A DNA stretch of 32,000 bases from Candidatus Heimdallarchaeota archaeon B3_Heim (GCA_003144275.1 NJBF01000005.1:92319-124318), one strand, 5' to 3'; positions 9,114-17,748 are shown, counted from the first letter of the stretch. The notes: generated from the sequence alone by a model not told the origin. Translations and numbers: made by a program.

Positions 9114-9767
9114 TTGGAAATTGAATTTGCGGACTTAAACGGCAATATCCATATAGGTGTTTCTATTCTTTGTACAGAGAACTATGCATTAGTTCCTATT
9201 GAAACACCAGACACACTAGTCAGGCTTATAGGATCTACAATGAAGGTAAAAGTTGTTAGACTGGCTGAAAGGATTATAGGCTCTTTAGTTGTAGGGAACT
9301 CTAATGGTTTCATAATTTCTAATGTAATTACTAAAGAAGTTGTAGACCAAATCGAATCTACAGACCTTCCTGTTTATCAGGCTCCAGAATTTTTCGCGTT
9401 TGGCAATGTAGTTTTAGCAAATGATTACAGCGGATTAATTTCACCAATTGTTCCCCCCTCAATTCGTGAAAACATCCAACGAATCTTAAAAGTTCCTCTT
9501 ACGTTGAAAACAATAGCAAATTCGGATTTAGTCGGAAGTTTGGGGTATATTACAAACTATGGAGGTTTAATCACTCCACTCGCTAATGAAGAGGAAGTAA
9601 AAGAGATTAAAAATCTTCTAAATCTCCATGAGATTGGGGTAGGAAGTGTCAATAAAGGATCAGAATTTATCGCCTCTGGAATTATTGGAAACTCCAAAGG
9701 TATGCTAATTGGACGAGAAACAACGGGTATCGAAATCATGGAAATAACAAGATGTTTCTCATCATAA
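9114..9767 (+). CDS. eif6: Translation initiation factor 6 (aIF6)
   Basis: IGSLVVGNSNG, GNVVLANDYSGLISP, TIANSDLVGS, GSVNKGSEFIASGIIGNSKG, TTGIE; TTG start. Confidence 0.95.
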   Translation: MEIEFADLNGNIHIGVSILCTENYALVPIETPDTLVRLIGSTMKVKVVRLAERIIGSLVVGNSNGFIISNVITKEVVDQIESTDLPVYQAPEFFAFGNVVLANDYSGLISPIVPPSIRENIQRILKVPLTLKTIANSDLVGSLGYITNYGGLITPLANEEEVKEIKNLLNLHEIGVGSVNKGSEFIASGIIGNSKGMLIGRETTGIEIMEITRCFSS

Positions 9768-9844
9768 AATCGAAAATAATAAAGTTAACATGATTAAAAA
9801 GTAGAATTATAAAGCAAATCAAAAAATAATAGAGGTTTACAAAA

Positions 9845-10111
9845 ATGTCAAATGAAAAATCTGTGAAAATATTCCGAATTTCTGGATATTTTAAACAGAG
9901 ACGGGAAACTACACCATTTTCCAAAGAATACTTAGCTTTAACACAAAGAAACGCAACAGATAAGCTGTTTTCTCAATTTGGTAGTAAAAACCGTCTCAAA
10001 AGAAACCAAATCAAAATCCAGTCCATTGTAGAAATCACAAAAGATGAAATTAAAGATCCATTAATCGAAAAAATCGTCAATAGTGATTTCACCATCCCTG
10101 TTGAGGAATGA
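9845..10111 (+). CDS. rpl18a: Ribosomal protein eL20 (L18Ae/LX)
   Basis: KIFRISG, FSKE, FGSKNRLKRNQIKI; canonical position after eIF6. Confidence 0.92.
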   Translation: MSNEKSVKIFRISGYFKQRRETTPFSKEYLALTQRNATDKLFSQFGSKNRLKRNQIKIQSIVEITKDEIKDPLIEKIVNSDFTIPVEE

Positions 10112-10560
10112 GAATGGCAACCCCCAATTTGCCTCCAGGAATCTTACAACGAGTTCAAGTACTTCAAGCTGAGATAGAACAGCTCCAACTAAGTATCAAT
10201 GCCATAGAACAACAAATATCCCTCATTAACAGAGCAATGAACTCAGTAGACGGTTCGATTCTTACTCAAGAAGAACTAGAAGGAAAAAAAAGTGGAGATG
10301 ATATTCTAATACCAATTGGAGGGTCAAATTATATTCGTTGTTCAGTCAAAGACCCAGAAAAGGTCTATATCTCACTGGGATCTGGAATCAGCAGACAAAC
10401 AACCATAAAGGAAGCAATAAGCAGAAATAAAGAACAATTAAATAGTCTGAATTCTAATATGAAACAATTAAGAGAGCAGTTCAATCAATTTTCTCAGATG
10501 TTAAACATCAAGAGAACAGAATTGGTGAAAATTGCACAGGACTATCAAATCCTTAGTTGA
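10108..10560 (+). CDS. pfdA: Prefoldin alpha subunit
   Basis: Coiled coil, then ILIPIGGSNYI and KVYISLGSG beta hairpins, then coiled coil; start may be ATG 10114. Confidence 0.95.
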   Translation: MRMATPNLPPGILQRVQVLQAEIEQLQLSINAIEQQISLINRAMNSVDGSILTQEELEGKKSGDDILIPIGGSNYIRCSVKDPEKVYISLGSGISRQTTIKEAISRNKEQLNSLNSNMKQLREQFNQFSQMLNIKRTELVKIAQDYQILS

Positions 10561-10617
10561 GAAAAAGAATGTTGTTGAATGTTTTAATTCACGTGCTGCA
10601 TGTAGGATGATGTAGAG

Positions 10618-11541
10618 ATGTCTTCGCTTAAGAAAGGGGTGGGATCACTCAAAAAGAAACTTTCTTCCTATGAAATCTCGGAAAAAAATGTGCAGCGAGC
10701 AATTAGAGATTTTAAACGCTTATTAATTACTAATGATGTGTCAATTGACGTTGCTGATGCAATAGCAACAGATTTAGCTAAGAAAATGATGGGGAAAAGG
10801 GCACGCAGATTTAGTGACCTTTCAAAATTACTTCTTGAGTTTGCAGAACCAACTCTAATTAAGATCATTTCTCCTACAAGATCAATCGATTTAATAAATG
10901 AGATTGTTGAGAAACGAAAAGAGACGGAACATTCTCTGACGAAAGATCCAATTGTAATTTTACTATTGGGGATAAATGGAACTGGCAAAACAACTACAAT
11001 AGCGAAATTAGCATACTTATTAAAAAAGAAAAAAATGCGTGTTATTCTTGCTGCGAGTGATACATTTCGATCTGGTGCCCAAGAACAGTTAAAAATACAT
11101 GCTGATAAGGTAGGTGTTAAGATAATATCTGGAGATTACGGGAGTGATTCAGCTGCGGTCGCATATGACGCTATAGCACATGCAAAATCAAAATATGCAG
11201 ATGTGGTCATAATCGATACTTCTGGACGAATGGCCATTAATAAAGATTTAATGGAAGAAATGAAGAAGATAAAACGTGTCAGTGATCCAGATTATATCAT
11301 TTTAGTTGTTGATGCCCTTGCTGGTAATGATGCAACAAAACAAGCCGCAGATTTCCACAAAGCTATTACTTTAGATGGAGTTATATTATCTAAAATGGAC
11401 GCAGATGCAAGGGGAGGGGCGTTAATCTCAGTAACGCATGCTACTTCTGGTGTACCAATCTTATATATTGGGACGGGACAGAAATATACAAATCTAGAGA
11501 GATTTGACCCAGAAGCCTTCGTACGGAAAATCTTGAATTAA
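10618..11541 (+). CDS. ftsY: SRP receptor FtsY (NG domain only)
   Basis: GINGTGKTTTIAKLA, DTFRSGAQEQL, DTSGR, KMDADARGG, IGTGQ. Confidence 0.96.
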   Translation: MSSLKKGVGSLKKKLSSYEISEKNVQRAIRDFKRLLITNDVSIDVADAIATDLAKKMMGKRARRFSDLSKLLLEFAEPTLIKIISPTRSIDLINEIVEKRKETEHSLTKDPIVILLLGINGTGKTTTIAKLAYLLKKKKMRVILAASDTFRSGAQEQLKIHADKVGVKIISGDYGSDSAAVAYDAIAHAKSKYADVVIIDTSGRMAINKDLMEEMKKIKRVSDPDYIILVVDALAGNDATKQAADFHKAITLDGVILSKMDADARGGALISVTHATSGVPILYIGTGQKYTNLERFDPEAFVRKILN

Positions 11542-11573
11542 TTTTCAAGAGGTTCGTAAAAGTACTAAGACAG

Positions 11574-12506
11574 TTAGTAATCTTTGAATTCGATTTTTGA
11601 ATCCTTGTCAGAGATTTTTTCTTTCAAAGTATCTGCTTGAGCTTTTGTTTTTACAAGCAGAGCATTGAGATTGTCTTTGGTTAGATAATTTGACTCAATA
11701 GATAAGCCAAAAGCTTGACGTACCGCATTCCCTAATAAGATCGGAATAGATTCTTCTGAATAATAATTCACACGTGAATCAACCGCTAACGCCATTGCAT
11801 TCATGTAGGCTTGTTGTAGATCGGAAATGATTTGATCCTCGTCAACTTCAAGGATACTCCCATCGATTACTTCATCGCCCTCGATTACTTGACTTATTCG
11901 CAAGTTTACGCTGAATGGTTGAATACCAAGCCTTGTAAGTACTGCTGCATGAGTTTCAGATACGGTATCTCCTACAGAGAGGACTTTGGCTGTCTTTGTG
12001 ATTCGTATTTTACCTTTTTCAATTCTTGTTTGTAATCCAATCGATCCTAGTTCACTGATAATTGGTCCTGGATCAAGATTAGTTACTCCTTCGGGGATTA
12101 ATACTTCTACAGGAGATATTTGACCCGCTTTCGCAGGAGCAGGAACAGAATTTTTACTTAAAAAGCGCTGTAGTTTGAAAGGACTCTCATTAGAAAAAAT
12201 TAATGCACATGAACCATTGATATGAGAGAGAAATTGATCTACAGTCTTTTTACTTGTTTTTGCTTGAAGTTTTTCCAAAGCAATTGTTTTCAAGGTATTT
12301 TTTGCCACTTTAAGTGTTGCATTAACCTCTCCTGATCTTAAAGAGGTTCTTATTCCCTGAATAGCTTTAGAACTTATTCCACTCAAATCAGCAATACCTA
12401 TGACCGAATTCTCTTCTGCTAATTTTCTAATAGTCTCAATTTGGGATTCTTTTCTAGTCAACCCGCTTTTTGTTTTTGTTATTGAGATAGCCATAATATT
12501 CAACAC
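11574..12506 (-). CDS. rplP0: Ribosomal stalk protein uL10 (P0), without acidic C-terminal tail
   Basis: KVAKNTL, PAPAKAGQISP, GVTNLDPGP, LTRLGIQP and three stalk helices; probable start at the internal MAIS. Confidence 0.95.
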   Translation of the reverse strand: MLNIMAISITKTKSGLTRKESQIETIRKLAEENSVIGIADLSGISSKAIQGIRTSLRSGEVNATLKVAKNTLKTIALEKLQAKTSKKTVDQFLSHINGSCALIFSNESPFKLQRFLSKNSVPAPAKAGQISPVEVLIPEGVTNLDPGPIISELGSIGLQTRIEKGKIRITKTAKVLSVGDTVSETHAAVLTRLGIQPFSVNLRISQVIEGDEVIDGSILEVDEDQIISDLQQAYMNAMALAVDSRVNYYSEESIPILLGNAVRQAFGLSIESNYLTKDNLNALLVKTKAQADTLKEKISDKDSKIEFKDY

Positions 12507-12622
12507 ACTTTCGCTAATTTAGCAGTTAGAACTCGAAGTACCGAGACTCCTGCAGAATGTCTTCTTCGTCTAGGCTTCCTTTATTCACGATTAATAAGCT
12601 AGGCTCTAGTAGTTAGGCACAG

Positions 12623-13105
12623 TTATAGCTCAAGTTCAGTCTCGTCCTCTTCTTCACTCGGTTGGATCAATTTTACAGAATCAGCATGAAGTACTATTGG
12701 AATTGTAACACTACTGGTTAATAAATCAACAGTAATCTCCTCACGAGCTTGATAAATAAAAGAAATTCGCGCTTGACTCCCTTTGAAGGGGCCTTCTGTG
12801 ATTTCGACTATATCTCCTGGCTTTAATCCTTCTATTACTGGAGTAGGAACCAACTGATTTTCTAATTCAGAAATTGGAACACGACCCAACTGTTTACTGA
12901 CATAATGGACATTATCAACCGCTTTTAAAATGTCTTGAATATTCCCCTCAATGAACAGGTACCCTTGAATCTCAGTAACAAGAACTGTATTTATATCGAA
13001 ACGATGAACATCAGCATATTGTACTAATGATTCTGCGGCATTGAACTCCTGGCCTTTTTTCACCTTATAACAATATATACCATATTTTTCTAGCATTCTA
13101 ACCAC
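12623..13105 (-). CDS. spt5: Transcription elongation factor Spt5/NusG
   Basis: NGN domain (QGYLFIEG) and KOW motif LKPGDIVEITEGPFKG. Confidence 0.95.
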   Translation of the reverse strand: MVRMLEKYGIYCYKVKKGQEFNAAESLVQYADVHRFDINTVLVTEIQGYLFIEGNIQDILKAVDNVHYVSKQLGRVPISELENQLVPTPVIEGLKPGDIVEITEGPFKGSQARISFIYQAREEITVDLLTSSVTIPIVLHADSVKLIQPSEEEDETELEL

Positions 13106-13143
13106 ATAATTTCATATTAAAATGAGTTCAAAACCAGATTTAT

Positions 13144-13350
13144 CTATAACTCACGGCCAAGCAATACAAATATAATAAAACGAATGACAAATGCGATAAA
13201 CCCTAATATCGCCATTCCAGCGATTGTTATTTTAATAACTAGTGATACTTCTGACCGATCAGGCTTTTTAGCAAGCCTCATTATTCGCAGCGCTCTTTTG
13301 TAAAAACTTGCCGAACCCATTCTACTATTATCGATTCCCATAATTACCAC
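13144..13350 (-). CDS. secE: Protein translocase SecE / Sec61 gamma
   Basis: RIMRLAKKPDRSE followed by one TM (GMAILGFIAFVI); start probably ATG 13341. Confidence 0.93.
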   Translation of the reverse strand: MVIMGIDNSRMGSASFYKRALRIMRLAKKPDRSEVSLVIKITIAGMAILGFIAFVIRFIIFVLLGREL

Positions 13351-13355
13351 CTTAA

Positions 13356-16300
13356 TTAATACGTACTATCTGCTAAAACAATTTGAGGCTTTATTGTCAG
13401 AGCCATTAATTCCTGCAACAGCAATTTAAAAGCATAAGATATTGCAATCTTATAAATCCCAGTATCTACATTTCCACAAATACTGCAATAAGTTTGATCC
13501 TTTTTACGATCCCAAGTAGCGATGACACCACAGGTCTCACATATAAAGATCTCTGTTTTATCAGACTCCTCAAGTAATCGTTCTTTTAATAATAATGCCG
13601 CTCCGTGCCCAATCAAACAATCACGTTCCATTTCTCCAAATCTAAGCCCTCCTTCTCGCGCGCGTCCCTCTGTAGGCTGACGAGTGAGGATTTGAATGGG
13701 ACCACGTGCCCGTGCATGAATCTTATCAGAAACTAGATGATGTAACTTCTGATAATAAGTTGGTCCGATGAAAATTCGTGAGGGAAGTTTCTGTCCTGTC
13801 ATACCATCATACATAACAGATTCTGCGTATGGATGAAATCCTAATTTTCGTAATCTATCTCCAATATCTTCTGGATCTGGGGATTCAAATAGGGTGGCAT
13901 CAATTTGATTTCCTTCGTAACAAGCAACAATCGCACTCATACATTCAATAATTTGCCCAACAGTCATACGACTTGGAATGGCATGTGGATTAATAATTAA
14001 ATCTGGTACAATACCTTCTTCTGTAAAGGGCATATCACTCTGTGGAACAACATTTCCAATTATTCCTTTTTGACCGTGACGCGATGCAAATTTGTCACCT
14101 AATTCAGGTACTCGTTGATCACGAACTTTAATTTTGACAAGCGTACTTCCTTCAGAAGTTTCCGTTAATATTACAGAATCCACAATACCTTTCTCTCCAT
14201 GACGAATAGCAAGACTTGTCTCTCTTCGCTGGGGAGTGGCCGACTCAAATGAATCAAGTTCTATATATTCTTCTAAGAATCGTGGTCTGGAAGTTCGCCC
14301 AACTAAAATATCTCCTCCTCCAACTTCTATTTCAGGTTCAATGATTCCATCTACCTCACTTAAATGACGATAGACTTCTTTTGCACGATATCCTCTGACA
14401 CCCTTCTGTGGGATTTCAAACCTGTCTTCTTGTCCCCCTAAATATTTCTTCTCCTCACCCACATAAGAACGGAAGAAATGACTACGTGCTAGTCCTCTTT
14501 GGACACTGGCACGATTTAGAATAATTGCATCTTCAATATTATAACCTTGAAAACTAAGAATAGCCACTATAAAATTCTGTCCAGCAGGTCGATCGTTGAA
14601 CCCAATAACTTCCATAGGTTTACTACCAACTAAAGGAATTTGGGGAGCTTGTAAGATATGAGCACGACGATCTGTTCGGAAATAGAAGTTTGAAGCATAT
14701 AATCCTAGAGCTTGCTTTGTCATTCCCGCTTCATATGTATTACGGGGAGATTGATTATGTTCTGCATAAGGAATGATTGAAGCACATATACCTAAAATTG
14801 CTGATGGAGAAATTTCTACATGAGTATGATTAGATTCGATATCATCTAACGTCATGGCAATATAAGAATTTTCTTCTTCCTCTGCATCAAGGAATTCAAG
14901 TACACCTTCTCTTAACAAATCTGAAAACTTAATATCTCCCTTCCTTAACTTCTCAATGTGGCCCATTTTCAGTCTTGGAACTGAGGGTTGATCAGATTTT
15001 TCAGAAGGATCAAGGATAATAAGTGGTCTACGTACACGTCCTTCATCTGTATTGATTGAAATAACATGATTTTCCTCGAAATAAGCAAGATTGATTTCAT
15101 GATATAGTTTATTAGTTCTTCTAGCATTCCTAATTATTGTAAAAGTTTCAAGTGGATCTCTAGTAGTACCAATAAGATTTCCGTTTAATAAAATCTGAAC
15201 ACCTTGATGATCAATGGCTTCAGCAACTGGAATAGATTTACAATTTTGATAGATAAATTCTTTAACTGGTTCGTCAGGTGTACCGATTGAAATATACGCT
15301 TGCATCGCGAGATTTTTCACTAGTCCACAATTGGGACCTTCTGGTGTTTCATTAGGACATATCTTACCCCAATGAGTGGCATGTAAATCTCGAGCCTCAA
15401 AGTGAGCCTGACTTCGGATAAGAGGGCTAATAACTCGCCTAAGATGACTGTAGGTAGACATGTAATTAGTACGATCTAATAATTGTGACACTCCAGCTTT
15501 CCCACCTACCCAATTACCTGTCGCGAGAGCATGCCGAATTCGTTCAGTAATAACATCGGCTCTCATGGCTACACGTAAATTGGGCAATTTACCTCTTCTC
15601 GCGCCTTTTTCCAGTTGATACTTAATATCACGATATAGGGAATGGAAGGCAACGCGGAAGAGACTTGTTAACATTTCACCAGCAAGTTTTAATCGTTTAT
15701 TCGCATAATGATCTTTATCATCAGCTTCAATCCTTTTTAAATTTAGTTTAATTACTTTTAGCGCCATTTGAGCAAGATAAAGTGCTTTTTGTTTTCGGTA
15801 ACTAGCATTCTTGCCTACGTGCGGTAGGAGATAATTATCTAACACCTGTTTAGCTCGTAGAATTCGATATTGGCGAGTTTGTCCCACGGCAACTCGTTTA
15901 CCAATAAAATCTAACGCTTCTTCCTGATCTACAATTTCTGCAGCTTCTCGTAATGTAGGTAATAACTCCTGAATTAGCTCAGGATCATTACTGACTAAAT
16001 TAGCGATATCTCTATCTATTGTAACCCCCAATGCCTTGATTAAGACAGCTAAAGGAAGAGGTCTTGGAACACTGAAGAAATTTACAAGTAATCGTCCATC
16101 CTTCCTTCTCTGAACAGATACCAAGGATCGAAAACCTGCTACGGTGCTGAATACTTTAGCTACCGCGGTTGTAGAAGATCCTTTCCTTCCTTCATCAACT
16201 AATACACGATTTGAAACTAAATATTCTTGAGTTACAATTACTCTTTCTGATCCATTAATTATGAAATAACCACCAGGATCTTCAGGATCTTCTCCTAATC

Positions 16301-16727
16301 GTGTAAGTTCGTCAGTGGATAGGTTGTGTAATAAACAAGAATTTGATTTTAACATAATTGGTAATCTACCAATGTATGCAACAATAACTTCCTCCTCCTT
16401 CTCAATTCCTGCATCGACATATACAGGTCGCATTTTCAGATTCAAAGGAGCTGAATAAATTAAATTTCTCACTCGTGCTTCCATGGGAAATATGGTTCGT
16501 TCAGAACCGTCAGCTTCCCTCACAGAAGGCTCTCCAACTTCAATTCCCTCCAGTTTTACATAAAACCCTTCAATATCCGGTTCAATCTTGGGTCTTTCCT
16601 GAACTATTTCATTCAGTTTCTTTTCGACGAATTCATTGAAGGAGAAAAGATGTTGCCTTACTAATCCAAATTCATTATACATGGATTTAAGGACTTCCCA
16701 CTTATCATCATTAGTCAATTGTTCCAC
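13356..16727 (-). CDS. rpoB: RNA polymerase subunit B (Rpo2), unsplit
   Basis: GGYFIINGSERV, CPNETPEGPNCGLVKN, GDKFASRHGQKG, NPHAIPSRMT, GGLRFGEMERD, C-terminal zinc ribbon; 1123 aa. Confidence 0.99.
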   Translation of the reverse strand: MEQLTNDDKWEVLKSMYNEFGLVRQHLFSFNEFVEKKLNEIVQERPKIEPDIEGFYVKLEGIEVGEPSVREADGSERTIFPMEARVRNLIYSAPLNLKMRPVYVDAGIEKEEEVIVAYIGRLPIMLKSNSCLLHNLSTDELTRLGEDPEDPGGYFIINGSERVIVTQEYLVSNRVLVDEGRKGSSTTAVAKVFSTVAGFRSLVSVQRRKDGRLLVNFFSVPRPLPLAVLIKALGVTIDRDIANLVSNDPELIQELLPTLREAAEIVDQEEALDFIGKRVAVGQTRQYRILRAKQVLDNYLLPHVGKNASYRKQKALYLAQMALKVIKLNLKRIEADDKDHYANKRLKLAGEMLTSLFRVAFHSLYRDIKYQLEKGARRGKLPNLRVAMRADVITERIRHALATGNWVGGKAGVSQLLDRTNYMSTYSHLRRVISPLIRSQAHFEARDLHATHWGKICPNETPEGPNCGLVKNLAMQAYISIGTPDEPVKEFIYQNCKSIPVAEAIDHQGVQILLNGNLIGTTRDPLETFTIIRNARRTNKLYHEINLAYFEENHVISINTDEGRVRRPLIILDPSEKSDQPSVPRLKMGHIEKLRKGDIKFSDLLREGVLEFLDAEEEENSYIAMTLDDIESNHTHVEISPSAILGICASIIPYAEHNQSPRNTYEAGMTKQALGLYASNFYFRTDRRAHILQAPQIPLVGSKPMEVIGFNDRPAGQNFIVAILSFQGYNIEDAIILNRASVQRGLARSHFFRSYVGEEKKYLGGQEDRFEIPQKGVRGYRAKEVYRHLSEVDGIIEPEIEVGGGDILVGRTSRPRFLEEYIELDSFESATPQRRETSLAIRHGEKGIVDSVILTETSEGSTLVKIKVRDQRVPELGDKFASRHGQKGIIGNVVPQSDMPFTEEGIVPDLIINPHAIPSRMTVGQIIECMSAIVACYEGNQIDATLFESPDPEDIGDRLRKLGFHPYAESVMYDGMTGQKLPSRIFIGPTYYQKLHHLVSDKIHARARGPIQILTRQPTEGRAREGGLRFGEMERDCLIGHGAALLLKERLLEESDKTEIFICETCGVIATWDRKKDQTYCSICGNVDTGIYKIAISYAFKLLLQELMALTIKPQIVLADSTY

Positions 16728-16959
16728 GAGATAGACCTCTTCTAGTCTTCGTTTGAGTTTATTCTAGGGAAAAACTGGATAAGCATAGAGAATTGTATAA
16801 ATCAACGTCATATTCAATAAAACACATAGCTCAAACCTCAATGGTCATATCTTCTTGGGAAAGCTACTTGATGCTGATTTTTAATGATAACTTTTCATAT
16901 CATTTGCAGGGCTTATCAACGAAGGCAGATACACCAACTTAGCTGTGAATTTATATCTG

Positions 16960-17074
16960 ATGACTAAAGTTATCAGCCAACTCTTTTAAAAGAATTCTGG
17001 ACAAGAGGAGTCACACATCCTCTATCGGGCAGACCAGATACATTGGAAGGTACACTACCAGTTGGGACTACTTG
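16960..17074 (-). ncRNA. Putative TnpB omegaRNA scaffold (3' portion), outer element
   Basis: Overlaps the tnpB 3' end and runs to the TCAT terminus; homologous to the inner copy. Confidence 0.45.
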
Positions 17075-17194
17075 GGAATCAATAGTTACACTTTGAAGAA
17101 TATAACGAAAGGCATTGTGATCGGTGTTTAGACAAAAACCGCAACCCTGACAGCAGAAGGAACCACGCAATTTTCGATTCTGTTTTTTCACATG
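16973..17194 (-). pseudogene. tnpB: tnpB fragment 2 (second zinc knuckle, RuvC-III, C-terminal tail)
   Basis: HVKKQNRKLRGSFCCQGCGFCLNTDHNAFRYIL...GLPDRGCVTPLV*; joins fragment 1 in frame (TGT GGT|CAT GTG). Confidence 0.85.
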
Positions 17195-17549
17195 ATCATT
17201 TTTGTCCGACAAAGCAATATTTCTCGTATTCGCTGACCTCTCTCTCACACAACCTTAAAAGGACTCCCTCCCTTACTTCTTCAACCCCGAGGTGATGACT
17301 AAAATATTTCCTTCGCGCCCAGGGTCTATTCCCTTGTAACTACGTTAGACGAGTTACCCGTCAAAGGCAAGAGAGTTATGGCCCAACCTGGTTGAAATTC
17401 ACTAGTGTTTGAGATGTCGCAGTAAGATCTGATTCAAGTAGTCCCAATGGAGGCATACATTCTCTTGTTGCTAACCTGCCGGATAGCGGATGTGTGACTC
17501 ATCCTGTCCAGAACTATTTTCCAAATAGTTGTCTGACAAATCTAGTCAG
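17194..17549 (+). mobile_element. Non-autonomous IS200/IS605 derivative (PATE/MITE-like, 356 bp) inserted antisense into the tnpB remnant
   Basis: Removing it restores the tnpB frame with no target duplication (1-bp boundary ambiguity). Subterminal palindromes TTTGTCCGACAAA (left) and TTGTCTGACAA (right); ends in TCAG; last 115 nt homologous to the outer right end. Confidence 0.72.
17435..17549 (+). ncRNA. Putative TnpB omegaRNA scaffold (3' portion), inner element
   Basis: 115-nt homology to 16960-17074 (minus strand) with hairpins preserved; by established TnpB biology the omegaRNA derives from the element's right end. Confidence 0.5.
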
Positions 17550-17550
17550 G

Positions 17551-17637
17551 ACCACACTTACTACATTGTTAGGAGGTATATGCTTCGTTAACACGCACTA
17601 CAGTAATCCCAACGAGTTTAGCTTTATACTCAAGCAT
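17551..17637 (-). pseudogene. tnpB: tnpB fragment 1 (RuvC-II-distal helix, xNExYTS motif, first zinc knuckle)
   Basis: Manual translation MLEYKAKLVGITVVRVNEAYTS*QCSKCG, a typical TnpB LEYKA/VNEAYTSQxCSxCG segment with one in-frame stop. Confidence 0.88.
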
Positions 17638-17748
17638 TTTGCCTCAACAATCACAATATTCTAATTTCTGCTGAAAAATCAACTTAGTGAAATAATAATG
17701 ATCTATCTTTATCTGTAAATTTGTGGAAATGAAGGAAAGTATCTTTAA

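Larger units (their letters stand above)
16960..17650 (-). mobile_element. Degenerate IS200/IS605-family element (3' part of tnpB plus right end), interrupted by a nested insertion
   Basis: TnpB C-terminal motifs in two pieces; right end ...AGTTGGCTGATAACTTTAGTCAT ending at 16960. Left boundary not identifiable. Confidence 0.8.

Noticed and set aside
12507-12622. Ribosomal-protein autoregulatory leader before uL10
   Set aside because: Only a short CTAGGCT repeat; no convincing stem or L1/L10-binding motif by eye.
16973-17248. 91-aa ORF as an independent gene
   Set aside because: Its first 18 codons come from the insert and the rest is tnpB C-terminus.
17293-17303. TGATGACTAAA also present at 16958-16968, possibly a third right end
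   Set aside because: Only 11 bp with no flanking homology or hairpin; compatible with chance.
16990-17520. RNase P or SRP RNA, suggested by the long inverted repeat and higher GC
   Set aside because: No GAGGAAAGUCC, ACAGAA..GGCUUA or SRP helix-8 (CAGG..GGAA..AGCA) motifs in the right arrangement; the repeat is explained by two IS ends.
17690-17710. GATCATT (minus strand) as the outer element's left end, matching the insert's first bases
   Set aside because: A 7-bp match in AT-rich DNA without the palindrome; unsupported.
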